From NCBI GenBank assembly GCA_965246715.1, contig CBDFFH010000041.1, positions 32,001 to 96,000 of the forward strand: a stretch of 64,000 nucleotides of DNA. The letters run 5' to 3'. The notes under the pieces are model-generated. The model was given only the letters and a program-made list of their open reading frames with translations, had not been told where the DNA came from and made no database searches. The first letter of the stretch is position 1. Every line of letters starts with the position of its first letter. The translations under genes were made by a program, and so were the position numbers. Positions 10,054-20,641 of this stretch are shown one piece after another. The stretch is from Chamaesiphon sp. Its GTDB lineage: Bacteria > Cyanobacteriota > Cyanobacteriia > Cyanobacteriales > Chamaesiphonaceae.

Positions 10054-10536
10054 TTAACCCAATCTATTAATTCTGGTCTTACTGCGATTATTACCTTTAA
10101 ATATTTCATCAAGTCCAGAAACCAAGCTCTGATCAAAAAAATCTAAATTACCATCCAAAAATACATATAAACTTTCATCTTCGTCTATCATTACTTCTGA
10201 GCCATCATTCAAATAGCCTATCGGACAAAATTGCTTGCCATAAGCCTCATACAAATCTAATCGGTCGATTAAATCTATATATCCGGTAGGGTCTGCTGTA
10301 AGTATTTCATGGTAAGGTTTTCCGTTCTGGTATGGAAATCTAATCTCAAAATAGGCACAAAGCTCAAGAAAATCTCTAACTATGCTCGGAAATTCATAAC
10401 CTCCACGCACAAATTCTAGCTCTATTTCTTGAGCTTGCTGCTTAACAAGTGGTTTGATCGCACCATCTATGTTGTTTTTACGCAATATTTCTTTTGAATA
10501 TTCCGAAAATTTATTAAAAATATTGTTTTCACTCAT
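10054..10536 (-). CDS. Putative SUKH-3-like immunity protein
   Basis: AT-rich; G.EFP..V.DFL, CPIG, V.IDEDE..YV pattern of the SUKH superfamily. Confidence 0.55.
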   Translation of the reverse strand: MSENNIFNKFSEYSKEILRKNNIDGAIKPLVKQQAQEIELEFVRGGYEFPSIVRDFLELCAYFEIRFPYQNGKPYHEILTADPTGYIDLIDRLDLYEAYGKQFCPIGYLNDGSEVMIDEDESLYVFLDGNLDFFDQSLVSGLDEIFKGNNRSKTRINRLG

Positions 10537-10670
10537 ATTACTCCTCTGCGCTCTCTATGCCTCTGCTGTTGAAAAAAATCTACTATTACATATCCTACAA
10601 TTACTACCATAATGTTTGCCCACAATCATCAGCTCAATGACACCTAATCGATAGAATTCTTTACTCACGA

Positions 10671-10732
10671 TTATCGATCGATAAAACCATCTACGCCAGC
10701 TTTATCGATCGATAAAACCATCTACGCCAGCT
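10671..10732. repeat. Perfect 31-bp tandem duplication of the gene 3' end
   Basis: TTATCGATCGATAAAACCATCTACGCCAGCT x2 (10671-10701, 10702-10732). Confidence 0.9.
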
Positions 10733-11583
10733 TCGATCGTTGCGCGTTGATAATCTTCGATATTAAGTCGCTCCGACCATTCGCCCAGATAAATATAATC
10801 TAAATTATCCTGCTGGGTTTTCATAATACTTAAAACATCTCGCCACTGTTTTTCTGACTGACTTTGTTTGCCCCATAATAACTTATTGAGAATAAGATCT
10901 TCTGGCGATGCAAAATAGACCTCATTACCCATCGAGATGGGAATTAATTGGCGACGAGTAAATTGACTGCGGCTAAACTCCGTATCTGATGAGAGCATCA
11001 GATCGGCACGAGAAATTGTCTCGATTTGAGTTATTTGGAAACTAGACATCCTTCGTGCTAGCACATCGTCTAGTCCCGACACATAAAAACCAGCAGTTTC
11101 AAAAATAGTTGCCAGTGCTGGTAGTCCGGCTATATCTACAGCCAGCACTAAATCTAAATCTTGAGTGGTACGACTTTCACCATAGGCAACTGCTGCCACG
11201 CCACCCGTGACATAATACTCGATCGAGTGAGTCGTCAAAAGAGCGTGTAATTCACTTGCCAATTGAATCGAATCTTGAATCCATGTCATCTCATTACCAG
11301 CGGGAATGTAATCTGGGGGACAGTATTCTTGCAGCCAAGAATGGGCTAATTTATGTCCTAATTCCTTGGTGCTAAGATGGGGAAATCGCTGACGGTGGGC
11401 ATTGAGCGATAATTGTCTGGCACTACGCATTAACGAGCTGGATTGCATCAAACGCTGGGTAGGAGTCCTCCGTCGCAATAAGGTAAATAGCAGCAGATCG
11501 GACTCGATCGAGCAATCGGAACTTTGGGGACGATATCCGCTAGGTGCGACAGGTAGCATAATTGGTTCCACAAACTTAGTCAA
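10702..11583 (-). CDS. Nucleotidyltransferase-fold protein (AbiEii/DUF6036-like) with N-terminal helical domain
   Basis: GGVAAVAYGESRTTQDLDL, SPEDLILNKL, KQWRDV motifs. Confidence 0.65.
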   Translation of the reverse strand: MTKFVEPIMLPVAPSGYRPQSSDCSIESDLLLFTLLRRRTPTQRLMQSSSLMRSARQLSLNAHRQRFPHLSTKELGHKLAHSWLQEYCPPDYIPAGNEMTWIQDSIQLASELHALLTTHSIEYYVTGGVAAVAYGESRTTQDLDLVLAVDIAGLPALATIFETAGFYVSGLDDVLARRMSSFQITQIETISRADLMLSSDTEFSRSQFTRRQLIPISMGNEVYFASPEDLILNKLLWGKQSQSEKQWRDVLSIMKTQQDNLDYIYLGEWSERLNIEDYQRATIEAGVDGFIDR

Positions 11584-11808
11584 ACAGTTGTAGGACGTAT
11601 ATATTGTTGCATTCTCTCAGCCGCTTGTACGATCGACCGCTGCTGAAATGCAGAAGAAACGACCACCTAGAAAGAGAAATAGATCGCCCAATTCATCTGC
11701 CAAGAGATATATATCGATCGGATCTCACTGCTAAACCAGACAGTTTATGATTAAGTTCTATTAAGGAGAGAGGATCGGATTATCCTGCTTTCCACTGTTT
11801 CCCGTTCC

Positions 11809-12771
11809 CTAGCCCTTCCAAATTCTCTCTAAAATATCGGATGGTGGGATGTCGGCAATTTTACCCGTGCGAGATTTAATCGCGATCGAACGTCCGTTAT
11901 TGGGTAATAATTTCTGTGGATCGGAGGGGCCGAATAACGCGATCGTATAAGTCCCAACGGCTACGGCTAGCTGCATCGGTGCGCTATTAGTACACAGAAA
12001 TAGATTTGCCCCAGCGATTGTCGCGGCTAGTTTACCGATATCTGTCGGGTTAATGACCTTCACATCAGGGGAAATTGCCTGAATCGAGCTAATAAAGGCA
12101 TCAGCTTCCGAGCCTTCGATCAAGACTACGGGTAGTTCTGGCTTGCGGGTTTGCAAATCTTTAACGATCTGTTGCCACTGCTTCACTGGATAAATCCTAT
12201 CGATCTCAGTAGTGCGATCGAGTTGACTCGCACCACCATGAATCAAGACATAACCGCTATCCTTGATGCCCAAGCGCTCTTGTTCTGTTTCTGCCCAGTC
12301 GATATCGGCTTTGGGTACATTGATAACTAAATCGGGGCAAGCATCGGTTATGTTCAGACCTGTGACCAGATCGTGGAACATTGCTGCGGCATATTGGTTC
12401 TGATTTAACTCAACCGGATTGGAGAGAAAAAATCTCCCGGCACCTGCGGCGTAACCGATCCGAGTGGGGATGCCAGTCAGCCAGAGCAAGAAGCCAACAC
12501 CAAAGCGCCTGCCTAGAGACATGGCGACATCATATTCTTTGTCGCGGATGATGCCGAGGAGATTACCCCAGTCCGCAGGGCCGTTGGTATCTTTGAAATC
12601 AAAGGGGATAACTTTATTGACAGACTTGGAAACGCGGTATGCCGCAGTCGATCGAGGTTCGACGACTACATCAATCTCCGCCTCTGGGTAATGCCCGCTG
12701 AGGTTATCTAATGTGGGGAAGAAGAGGATTTGGTCGCCAATTCCACCAGGGACAAGAGCCAGGATACGCAT
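11809..12771 (-). CDS. Glycosyltransferase family 9 (heptosyltransferase-like)
   Basis: GGIGDQIL, IHGGAS, NSAPMQLAVAVG..TIALFGP. Confidence 0.9.
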   Translation of the reverse strand: MRILALVPGGIGDQILFFPTLDNLSGHYPEAEIDVVVEPRSTAAYRVSKSVNKVIPFDFKDTNGPADWGNLLGIIRDKEYDVAMSLGRRFGVGFLLWLTGIPTRIGYAAGAGRFFLSNPVELNQNQYAAAMFHDLVTGLNITDACPDLVINVPKADIDWAETEQERLGIKDSGYVLIHGGASQLDRTTEIDRIYPVKQWQQIVKDLQTRKPELPVVLIEGSEADAFISSIQAISPDVKVINPTDIGKLAATIAGANLFLCTNSAPMQLAVAVGTYTIALFGPSDPQKLLPNNGRSIAIKSRTGKIADIPPSDILERIWKG

Positions 12772-12982
12772 TTGTACTCAAGTTACTGCTGTTTATAACT
12801 AATTTTAGCAGGTGATGAGTGGTTAGGCGATCGCCTTATATCGATCGGGGGCTAGTTAGCACTCAGTCGGACAAATCAGACATACTTGAGTAAAGGTTTC
12901 TAGTATTATTACAATCTAAGGACAAATTCTGGGAATCATGACTCGATAACGCTCTAATGAATTTAGATCCATTTGCTCTGCC

Positions 12983-13969
12983 ATGAAAGCAACCCTTTTG
13001 ACGATTTTTTTACTTGCTGCTGGTGGCGCGATCGTCTTGATACTTCCTCAGTCTCAGCCCGATCTTGCCACCACTTCCACCATTTCCAAACTTCAGAAGG
13101 CGGAAACTTATATCGATAGTGGTGTTGCGAAAAATGGCTCCGGCGACAAACAGGGTGCCATCTCGGACTTCGATCGCGCTGCAAGTATCGATCCTAATAA
13201 TGCCAGTATCTACACTCAGCGCGGCACTGCCAAATATCAGTCTGGAGATATTGCTGGAGCGATGTCTGACTTCGATCGCGCGATCGCAATCGACCCAAAA
13301 AATCCAATTTTTTACTATAATCGGGCAACGACGCAATCTGCACAGGGCAATAAACAGGCTGCGATTACCGATTTCAATCGCGCGATCGAGTTAAGTCCCA
13401 AATTTGCCGAAGCCTACTACAATCGCGGCACTGCCAAATATCAAATTGGTGATAAACAGGGCGCAATTACCGATTACGATCGGGCAATTGTCTTAAATTC
13501 TAAGTTGCCAGAAGTTAACTACAATCGGGGCACTGCTAAAGCTGAAGCTGGCGATTATAAGGGAGGAATTACTGATTTCGATCGGGCGATCTCGCTCGAC
13601 CCTAAATTAGCGAAAGTCTACTACAATCGGGGTAATGCAAAATACAAGTTAGGCGATAAACAGGGCGCAATATCTGATTACGATCGCGCGGTCGAACTAA
13701 AGTCTGACTATTATGAAGCTTATCGTATCCGAGGTTTCTTAAAGTACAGCTTGGGAAATAAACAGGCAGCCCTTGCCGATTATGATTTGGCGATCGCCTT
13801 GAATATCAATTCACCGGAAACTTACTACAATCGTGGTGTGACTAAATCCGAACTCGGTGATAAGCAAGGCGCTGTTACTGATTTAACTCAAGCCGCAGCA
13901 TTATTTAAAAAGCAAGGTCAGCTCGAACTAGCCGATCGGACATTAGCAATTGTCAGACAGAAGCTCTAA
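12983..13969 (+). CDS. Secreted or membrane-anchored TPR protein
   Basis: Hydrophobic N-terminus plus about 8 tandem 34-aa YYNRG..GDKQGAI.D.DRAI repeats. Confidence 0.9.
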   Translation: MKATLLTIFLLAAGGAIVLILPQSQPDLATTSTISKLQKAETYIDSGVAKNGSGDKQGAISDFDRAASIDPNNASIYTQRGTAKYQSGDIAGAMSDFDRAIAIDPKNPIFYYNRATTQSAQGNKQAAITDFNRAIELSPKFAEAYYNRGTAKYQIGDKQGAITDYDRAIVLNSKLPEVNYNRGTAKAEAGDYKGGITDFDRAISLDPKLAKVYYNRGNAKYKLGDKQGAISDYDRAVELKSDYYEAYRIRGFLKYSLGNKQAALADYDLAIALNINSPETYYNRGVTKSELGDKQGAVTDLTQAAALFKKQGQLELADRTLAIVRQKL

Positions 13970-13998
13970 AAGTTCTGTCTGCATGCTAACAATATTTT

Positions 13999-16017
13999 CT
14001 AAATGTTGCCGACTAATTTACTGCGTAGCTGCTTGATGCGATCGCGCAAGCTCGCCGCTTTTTCAAACTCTAACTCTTTAGCTGCAACTTTCATTTCTGC
14101 TTCTAATTGCACGATCGCATCTGGTATTTGTTCGAGCGATAATTCATCCACATGGGTGATAACTGTTTCGAGTTGTTGAGCGTTCAATCGTCGCGAGAGG
14201 TCGAGAAATTGGAGGATGGAGTTGCCACCTGTTTTGACGATCGATTGGGGCGTAATATTATTTAATTTATTATGCGCCATCTGAATCCCCCGCCGACGTT
14301 CGGTTTCATCGATTGCGGCAATCATACTATCTGTCAATTTATCGGCATATAAAATTGCCTGTCCGCGAATGTGCCGTGCAGCTCTGCCGATTGTCTGAAT
14401 TAACGATCGGGTCGAACGCAAGAAACCTTCTTTATCAGCATCGAGAATGGCGACCAAAGATACCTCCGGTAAATCTAATCCTTCCCGCAATAAGTTAACA
14501 CCGATCAAGACATCAAATTCTCCATTTCGGAGTGCTTGAATGATTTCGATCCGCTCGATCGATTGGATTTCGGAATGAAGATACTTTACCCGCACGCTGC
14601 GTTCGTGAAAATATTCTGTAAGATCTTCAGCCATCCGCTTAGTTAGCGTCGTAATCAACACCCGTTCTTCCCGCTTGACACGATCGCGAATTTCCCCTAA
14701 TAAATCGTCTACTTGTCCTTCAGTCGGACGCACAAAAATTTCCGGATCGATTACTCCCGTCGGCCGAATGACTTGCTGCGCGATTCGATCCTCAGACACC
14801 TCGATTTCCCAGGCTCCAGGAGTTGCCGAAACAAAAATACATTGATTGACCTTCTCCCAAAATTCATCGGCCTTTAATGGGCGATTATCTGCCGCACTGG
14901 GCAAGCGAAAACCATGATCGATCAAGACTGTTTTGCGCGCGCGATCGCCATTATACATCCCCCGAATTTGCGGTACGGTAACATGAGATTCATCAACTAC
15001 CAACAACCAATCATCGGGAAAATAATCGACCAAACATTCTGGTGGATCGCCAGCATTTCGTCTGGCTAAATGACGCGAATAATTTTCCACCCCGTTACAA
15101 AAGCCAACCTCGCGCAACATTTCGAGATCGTATCGCGTCCGTTGATCGATTCGCTGTGCTTCGATTAATTTACCGTTATTTTCCAATTCGGCAATTCGTT
15201 GTTTTAGTTCGAGGTCGATATCATTACAGGCATCGGTTAAGGTTTCTTCAGGTGTCACAAAGTGTCGCGCTGGATAGATATTTAATTTATTGACATCTTG
15301 CAAAATTTCACCCGTTACCGGATCGACAAACTTAATCGATTCGATTTCATCACCAAAAAAATCGACGCGCACGATCCGATCCTCATAAGCCGGGCCGATT
15401 TCTACCACATCTCCCCGCACCCGGAAATTACCGCGTTTGAGATCGATATCATTGCGGCTATATTGAATCGAAACTAATTGCCGTAACATTTCTCGCTGGT
15501 CGATCGACATCCCAACTTTGAGCGGAATTGCTGCTTTGAGATATTCGGCCGGCGTTCCCAATCCATAGATACAACTAATCGACGCGACCACAATTACATC
15601 GCGATGCTCGAATAACGATCGGGTTGCTGAATGTCGCAACATATCGATCTCTTCATTAATTGCTGATGCTTTTTCGATGAATGTATCGCTGACAGCAATA
15701 TAAGCTTCTGGCTGATAATAGTCGTAGTAAGAGACGAAATATTCAACCGCGTTATGGGGGAAAAACTGCCGCAATTCGTTACACAATTGCGCGGCCAATG
15801 TTTTATTATGTGCTAATACTAGTGTCGGCTTTTGATGTTGGGCGATCGTTGCGGCGATCGTAAAAGTTTTACCCGTTCCCGTCGCACCCAGTAATGTTTG
15901 AAAGTGCTGCTGAGACTTTAATCCAGTTACGAGTTGGGCGATCGCTCCTGGTTGATCTCCGGTTGGTTTAAACGGTGCTACCAGTTCAAATTGTCGATCC
16001 ATAGACAGGTTACTCAT
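13999..16017 (-). CDS. uvrB: Excinuclease ABC subunit B
   Basis: [30 protein letters not shown]-terminal UVR coil. Confidence 0.98.
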   Translation of the reverse strand: MSNLSMDRQFELVAPFKPTGDQPGAIAQLVTGLKSQQHFQTLLGATGTGKTFTIAATIAQHQKPTLVLAHNKTLAAQLCNELRQFFPHNAVEYFVSYYDYYQPEAYIAVSDTFIEKASAINEEIDMLRHSATRSLFEHRDVIVVASISCIYGLGTPAEYLKAAIPLKVGMSIDQREMLRQLVSIQYSRNDIDLKRGNFRVRGDVVEIGPAYEDRIVRVDFFGDEIESIKFVDPVTGEILQDVNKLNIYPARHFVTPEETLTDACNDIDLELKQRIAELENNGKLIEAQRIDQRTRYDLEMLREVGFCNGVENYSRHLARRNAGDPPECLVDYFPDDWLLVVDESHVTVPQIRGMYNGDRARKTVLIDHGFRLPSAADNRPLKADEFWEKVNQCIFVSATPGAWEIEVSEDRIAQQVIRPTGVIDPEIFVRPTEGQVDDLLGEIRDRVKREERVLITTLTKRMAEDLTEYFHERSVRVKYLHSEIQSIERIEIIQALRNGEFDVLIGVNLLREGLDLPEVSLVAILDADKEGFLRSTRSLIQTIGRAARHIRGQAILYADKLTDSMIAAIDETERRRGIQMAHNKLNNITPQSIVKTGGNSILQFLDLSRRLNAQQLETVITHVDELSLEQIPDAIVQLEAEMKVAAKELEFEKAASLRDRIKQLRSKLVGNI

Positions 16018-16086
16018 ACAGAAGGTTTATTGTAACGCAGTTTAATTAAGAGATGGTCTAAATTTAGAGTTTCAAATCGAGCTAAT

Positions 16087-17040
16087 TTAACGATAAGTCT
16101 CGCCGATTTTTAGGAGAGTACATTCCCACACTAGGCGGGGTTGCACATAGGCGAGTAATTGCGATCGAGTTTGCTCTAACCGCTCGACGATGTGGGGGAC
16201 ACGGTACTGTTGCCAATAGGTATATTGCAGAAAATCTACCAACCATAATTGCTCGGCACCATCCAACTGTTTATCGATTTCGATTGCCAGTTCCAATGCT
16301 TGACGGCGGGTGAGGGGTAATTTCGTCAATCGATCGAGTAAATCTGCTGGCAGAGATTGCAACTGCTCCCACAGCGCGATTGCTGCGCCAGGACTACCTT
16401 GAGCTAGTCCTAACAGTTCTGGACGATCGAGAATTTCCGCTTTTCCCAGCTTGGTTAAGATCTCCACCATTAAGTTCCGATCGAGTCGCTCGAAGGCAAT
16501 ACACTGACAGCGGGACACGATCGTTGGCAGCAGCGACTCTAGGCTCGAGGCGATCGCGATAATCGTTGCTTGTCCTGGCTCTTCTAGCGTCTTTAAGATG
16601 GCATTTGCTGCGCCTTCTGCCATCGTCTCCGCCTGTTCGATAATCACAATCGATCGCGAGCCGATTAGCGGCGGACGCGATAAAAATTGACCGATTTCAC
16701 GGATCTGTTCGATCCGAATTTGCGGTGGTGCTTTGCGCTTGATTCCCGCTGCGGTAGCTTCGGCAGTTGAGAGGAGTTTACCTTGATGACTATATGTGGG
16801 TGCCACCCACAATACATCGGGATGATTGCCCTGACGCAACTTTTGCGCTACTAAGGCGCGATCGCTCGCGAGGATGCCATCACAGAACAATAGCTCAATA
16901 AAGCACCTTGCCGCCAAACTTTTGCCCACGCCCTCCGCACCACAAAATAGATAAGCAGGTGCGAGCCGTTGTTGGCTGACTGCTTGAGTCAACAGTTCTA
17001 CGGCTTGTGTTTGTCCGAGTACAGGGCTAAATTGAGTCAA
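16087..17040 (-). CDS. holB: DNA polymerase III subunit delta'
   Basis: AYLFCG.EGVGK, NHPD, AANA.LKTLEEP, LLPTIVSRCQ. Confidence 0.93.
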   Translation of the reverse strand: MTQFSPVLGQTQAVELLTQAVSQQRLAPAYLFCGAEGVGKSLAARCFIELLFCDGILASDRALVAQKLRQGNHPDVLWVAPTYSHQGKLLSTAEATAAGIKRKAPPQIRIEQIREIGQFLSRPPLIGSRSIVIIEQAETMAEGAANAILKTLEEPGQATIIAIASSLESLLPTIVSRCQCIAFERLDRNLMVEILTKLGKAEILDRPELLGLAQGSPGAAIALWEQLQSLPADLLDRLTKLPLTRRQALELAIEIDKQLDGAEQLWLVDFLQYTYWQQYRVPHIVERLEQTRSQLLAYVQPRLVWECTLLKIGETYR

Positions 17041-17528
17041 TTTTGGATCGTGGATTGTCTTTAAAGATGAAGTTTAGTCTAGTAAGGCGATCGATTTGCC
17101 GGAGCAGCGAGAGTTTGTGGTGTAGATTTCCGAAGGGCTGGCGATCCATCTGGGACAATTGTACCACTAAATCGATCGGGCAAAATAGGACAGGATGATG
17201 ACAAATTCCTCTGATGGAGTAGCTTATCCTAGCAAAATCAAAGTAACGGGCATTGCTGAATCGGGATAGGATTTTCTTGTAGGGGTGCATTTCATACCTG
17301 AATTCAGCAACGCCCGGTAACGCTCGAATTATCAGCGATCGACATCTACCAATCTTTGAAAAATCAACTAACCAGCAGCTACTCTCGGAATGCTTTGTGG
17401 GTACACTATGTTGGGTAAGTAGAATCGAGCAAAATCGTAACCAGATCTCTATCCTGCTCCGAGAGGCTGCGTCACAGAGCAACACAACACCTGCACGAAC
17501 AAATCGACGATCGTTCACATGAGTTACT

Positions 17529-18479
17529 ATGAATACTACCGAACCCAAATTTCAGCGAATTTTATTGGTTGATGATGACCTCACAGTGCGGGCAAGGGTC
17601 AGTGAATCGCTGGAGGAAGACGGTTTTGAGGTGATTTTAGCCAAAAACGGTAACGATGGGATTGCAGCATATCAGGAGCACCGTCCCGATCTGATTCTCG
17701 TCGATGCGGTGATGCCAATTTTAGATGGATTTGAGTTTTGCGAGCAACTCAAAAATTTAGGCGAGCGACTCACGCCCATCTTGATGATTACATCCTTAGA
17801 TGATAACGAATCAGTCGATCGAGCTTTTGCCGCAGGCGCGACTGATTATATTACCAAACCGATTAATTTATCGATTCTGCGTCAGCGCGTCAGAAATCTC
17901 ATCCGCCAATCGCACTCGATCGAGAAACAATTGAGCGAACTCCAACAAGCCAATCAAAATCTCCAATTATTAGCCAATTTAGATAGCCTCACTAAGCTAT
18001 CAAATCGTCGCGGTTTCGATGACTATATCGAAAACGAATGGGAACGGATGAAGCGAATTAAAGCACCACTATCATTAATCATGTGTGATGTGGACTTTTT
18101 TAAAAACTATAACGATAAATACTTGCACCCCACCGGGGATAAATGTTTGGTTAAGGTTGCCATGGCAATGCGAAATGCCGTGCGCCGCAGTGGCGATTTG
18201 GTGGCACGTTATGGTGGTGAAGAATTTGCGATCGTTTTACCAAATACCGATGCTTTAGGTGCGGTTTCTGTTGGCGAAAATGTACGCTCGGCAATTAAGA
18301 AATTACAAATTACCCATGAAGCCTCAGCTGTTTGCGAGCATGTCACGATTAGCGTTGGCGTATCGACGATCGTACCTACCTATGAAAATGATTTCCATGC
18401 ATTGATTCATGCCGCTGATAAAGCACTCTATCAAGCTAAATCTTTGGGCCGCGATCGAGTTAGGATGATTGTAGCCTAA
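17529..18479 (+). CDS. REC-GGDEF diguanylate cyclase (PleD-like)
   Basis: Receiver domain plus RSGD I-site and ARYGGEEF. Confidence 0.93.
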   Translation: MNTTEPKFQRILLVDDDLTVRARVSESLEEDGFEVILAKNGNDGIAAYQEHRPDLILVDAVMPILDGFEFCEQLKNLGERLTPILMITSLDDNESVDRAFAAGATDYITKPINLSILRQRVRNLIRQSHSIEKQLSELQQANQNLQLLANLDSLTKLSNRRGFDDYIENEWERMKRIKAPLSLIMCDVDFFKNYNDKYLHPTGDKCLVKVAMAMRNAVRRSGDLVARYGGEEFAIVLPNTDALGAVSVGENVRSAIKKLQITHEASAVCEHVTISVGVSTIVPTYENDFHALIHAADKALYQAKSLGRDRVRMIVA

Positions 18480-18498
18480 TTTTCGGCACTTCAAAATT

Positions 18499-19029
18499 AT
18501 GACTCAGCTCGATTTACCCACATTTTGGGCACTTATAGATATCTCGCGGGCGGCTTTTGTCGCGACTAATGCAACCGTCATCGGACGAGTTTCGATCGAT
18601 GATGGCGCGAGTATTTGGTACGGTGCGGTAATACGTGGCGATGTCGAACGGATCGAAATTGGTGCGCGGACGAATATTCAAGATGGCGCAATCCTTCACG
18701 GCGATCTTGGTAAACCCACGATCTTAGCAGCTGATGTCACCATCGGGCATCGCGCGGTAATTCATTCAGCCTATATTGAGACAGGCTGTCTGATTGGGAT
18801 TGGGGCGATCGTTTTAGATGGTGTCCGCGTCGGCAAAGGCAGTATCATCGGTGCAGGATGCGTGGTGACAAAAGATGTCCTACCCCATTCATTGATGGTA
18901 GGTGTCCCGGCAAAATACCTGCGAGCGGTGACAGATGTAGAGGCTGAGGAGTTAATTCTTCACGCCCGGAAATACGAGCAACTAGCATTAGTTCATGCAG
19001 GTAAGGGTACAAATCTAGGTTTTTTATAA
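18499..19029 (+). CDS. Gamma carbonic anhydrase family hexapeptide-repeat protein
   Basis: IRGD, TNIQDGAILH, VTIGH.AVIH. Confidence 0.9.
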   Translation: MTQLDLPTFWALIDISRAAFVATNATVIGRVSIDDGASIWYGAVIRGDVERIEIGARTNIQDGAILHGDLGKPTILAADVTIGHRAVIHSAYIETGCLIGIGAIVLDGVRVGKGSIIGAGCVVTKDVLPHSLMVGVPAKYLRAVTDVEAEELILHARKYEQLALVHAGKGTNLGFL

Positions 19030-19180
19030 AGTAGTTATAATATGCTTATCGCGATCGAACGAGCTAATTAACAACTTACTAATCGATCGGAAGCATCAAA
19101 AGGTTGCTTCTTATGTAAAGTGAATCGTTCGATCGCTTATTTTATTACTGCTAATCTACTAGATTTATTTTATTCAAAAG

Positions 19181-20044
19181 ATGCTGGTATCCAACAACTA
19201 TTGGAGCGTGATAAAATTCGCCCAAATTTCAGGATGGACAGAGGGATTAAAGCATATTATCGCTGAAGATATCGGTCGGATTGCTTGGAATGTATTTCTC
19301 GCATTAATTCCCCTTGCTCTCAGTTTTTCCCTTTTTTACAAGCCTAAATCGCGAGTATTTGTCTGGAGTACTTATCTTGTATTAGCTGCTAGCTTTTCGA
19401 TCGGCATTAAAAAATACAACGATGGAGATTTGCTGAAAGTACTAGAAAGAGTCATGCTGTCTTTATGGGGAGTCAGAGCGATCTTTTTAGCGATCGCGGT
19501 TAGCTTAATTATCGGATTAATTATCCTAGATGCTAGATTGCGCTCTCCAAATAATAAAAGTCGATCGCTGTTTTGGTGGATTGGATTATTACCATTTATT
19601 GCAATTTTGCCAAATGCACCATATATTCTAACAGATATCATCCATTTTTATGAAGCAGTACGAACTATTAGTTCGGTTTGGGCGATTACTTTAATTATCG
19701 TGCCAATCTATATCGTTTTTATTGGGATCGGCTGGTTTTCCTATGTATTTTCACTTGTGAATATTAGTAAGTATCTGATTCAAAACAACCTCGATCGATA
19801 TACAAGTATTGTGGAAATCGGACTACATTTTACTTGTGCAGTCGGTATTTATATCGGTAGATTTATCCGCTTTAATAGTTGGAGTTTAGTCACCCAGCCC
19901 AAGCAATTTTTGAGCGTGCTACCTGGCGAACTAATTGGTAAATTTCCGTTAGTAGTGATTTTAATAACTTTTTTAATTATCAGTATCTTATACGTAATAT
20001 CTAAGCCGATTGTCGATCGTTCGTCGCTTTATAGTCGTGCCTAA
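19181..20044 (+). CDS. DUF1361 family membrane protein
   Basis: WNVFLALIP, LPNAPYILTDIIH, GIYIGRFIRFNSW. Confidence 0.85.
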   Translation: MLVSNNYWSVIKFAQISGWTEGLKHIIAEDIGRIAWNVFLALIPLALSFSLFYKPKSRVFVWSTYLVLAASFSIGIKKYNDGDLLKVLERVMLSLWGVRAIFLAIAVSLIIGLIILDARLRSPNNKSRSLFWWIGLLPFIAILPNAPYILTDIIHFYEAVRTISSVWAITLIIVPIYIVFIGIGWFSYVFSLVNISKYLIQNNLDRYTSIVEIGLHFTCAVGIYIGRFIRFNSWSLVTQPKQFLSVLPGELIGKFPLVVILITFLIISILYVISKPIVDRSSLYSRA

Positions 20045-20052
20045 TCGATCGC

Positions 20053-20544
20053 TCATTCTCGCAGTTTGACGAGGGCATCTTTAACCGTGTTCGGTAATTG
20101 CCGCATAATTTTCCCCTTTTCCCGATCGACTGCTACCAGTGTCACCATCCCTGTGAGATAGACAATTTGCCGATCTTCTGACTGAATCTCATATTCCCAG
20201 ACGATCCGCACACCTTCCATATCGATCGTCCGCGTTTTGACAATCGCGGACTCACCCATTCTCAAAGCGCGGCGATAGCGAATCGATAAGTCTACTACTG
20301 GTAAATCGCATCCGAGCGCCACCAAATCGGCAAAATCAATCCCGAGCGATCGTAGACACTCGACTCTCGCCTCTTCCATCCAAGTGAGATAAGTCCCATG
20401 CCAGACAACCCCGCCATAATCGGTATGATGGGGATGTACGACGATCGGATATTCAAACCAGCCTGCAGACATGGCTCGATAACTCAATTTCTCAATCGCA
20501 CTCGTCGCCGGAAGTCCAGCATCAATATCTGTAGTTTCTGACAT
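20053..20544 (-). CDS. Acyl-CoA thioesterase (YbgC/FadM hotdog fold)
   Basis: TDYGGVVWHGTYLTWMEEARVE; start moved to MSETT to avoid overlap. Confidence 0.88.
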   Translation of the reverse strand: MSETTDIDAGLPATSAIEKLSYRAMSAGWFEYPIVVHPHHTDYGGVVWHGTYLTWMEEARVECLRSLGIDFADLVALGCDLPVVDLSIRYRRALRMGESAIVKTRTIDMEGVRIVWEYEIQSEDRQIVYLTGMVTLVAVDREKGKIMRQLPNTVKDALVKLRE

Positions 20545-20641
20545 AATTATCGATATATCGTGCGTTATCTTAACTAAGTATTCACTAATCGATTGCGATT
20601 TGCGCTTTAGATTACAAATCATCTTAATACACCATCTAAAT

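Noticed and set aside
13010..13969. ~102-bp periodic repeats as a CRISPR-like array
   Set aside because: They are coding TPR repeats; no repeat-spacer structure or cas genes occur in the window
17027..17548. 173-aa minus-strand ORF, or a c-di-GMP riboswitch upstream of the diguanylate cyclase
   Set aside because: The ORF spans a divergent promoter region with no recognisable motif, and I could not find riboswitch consensus elements
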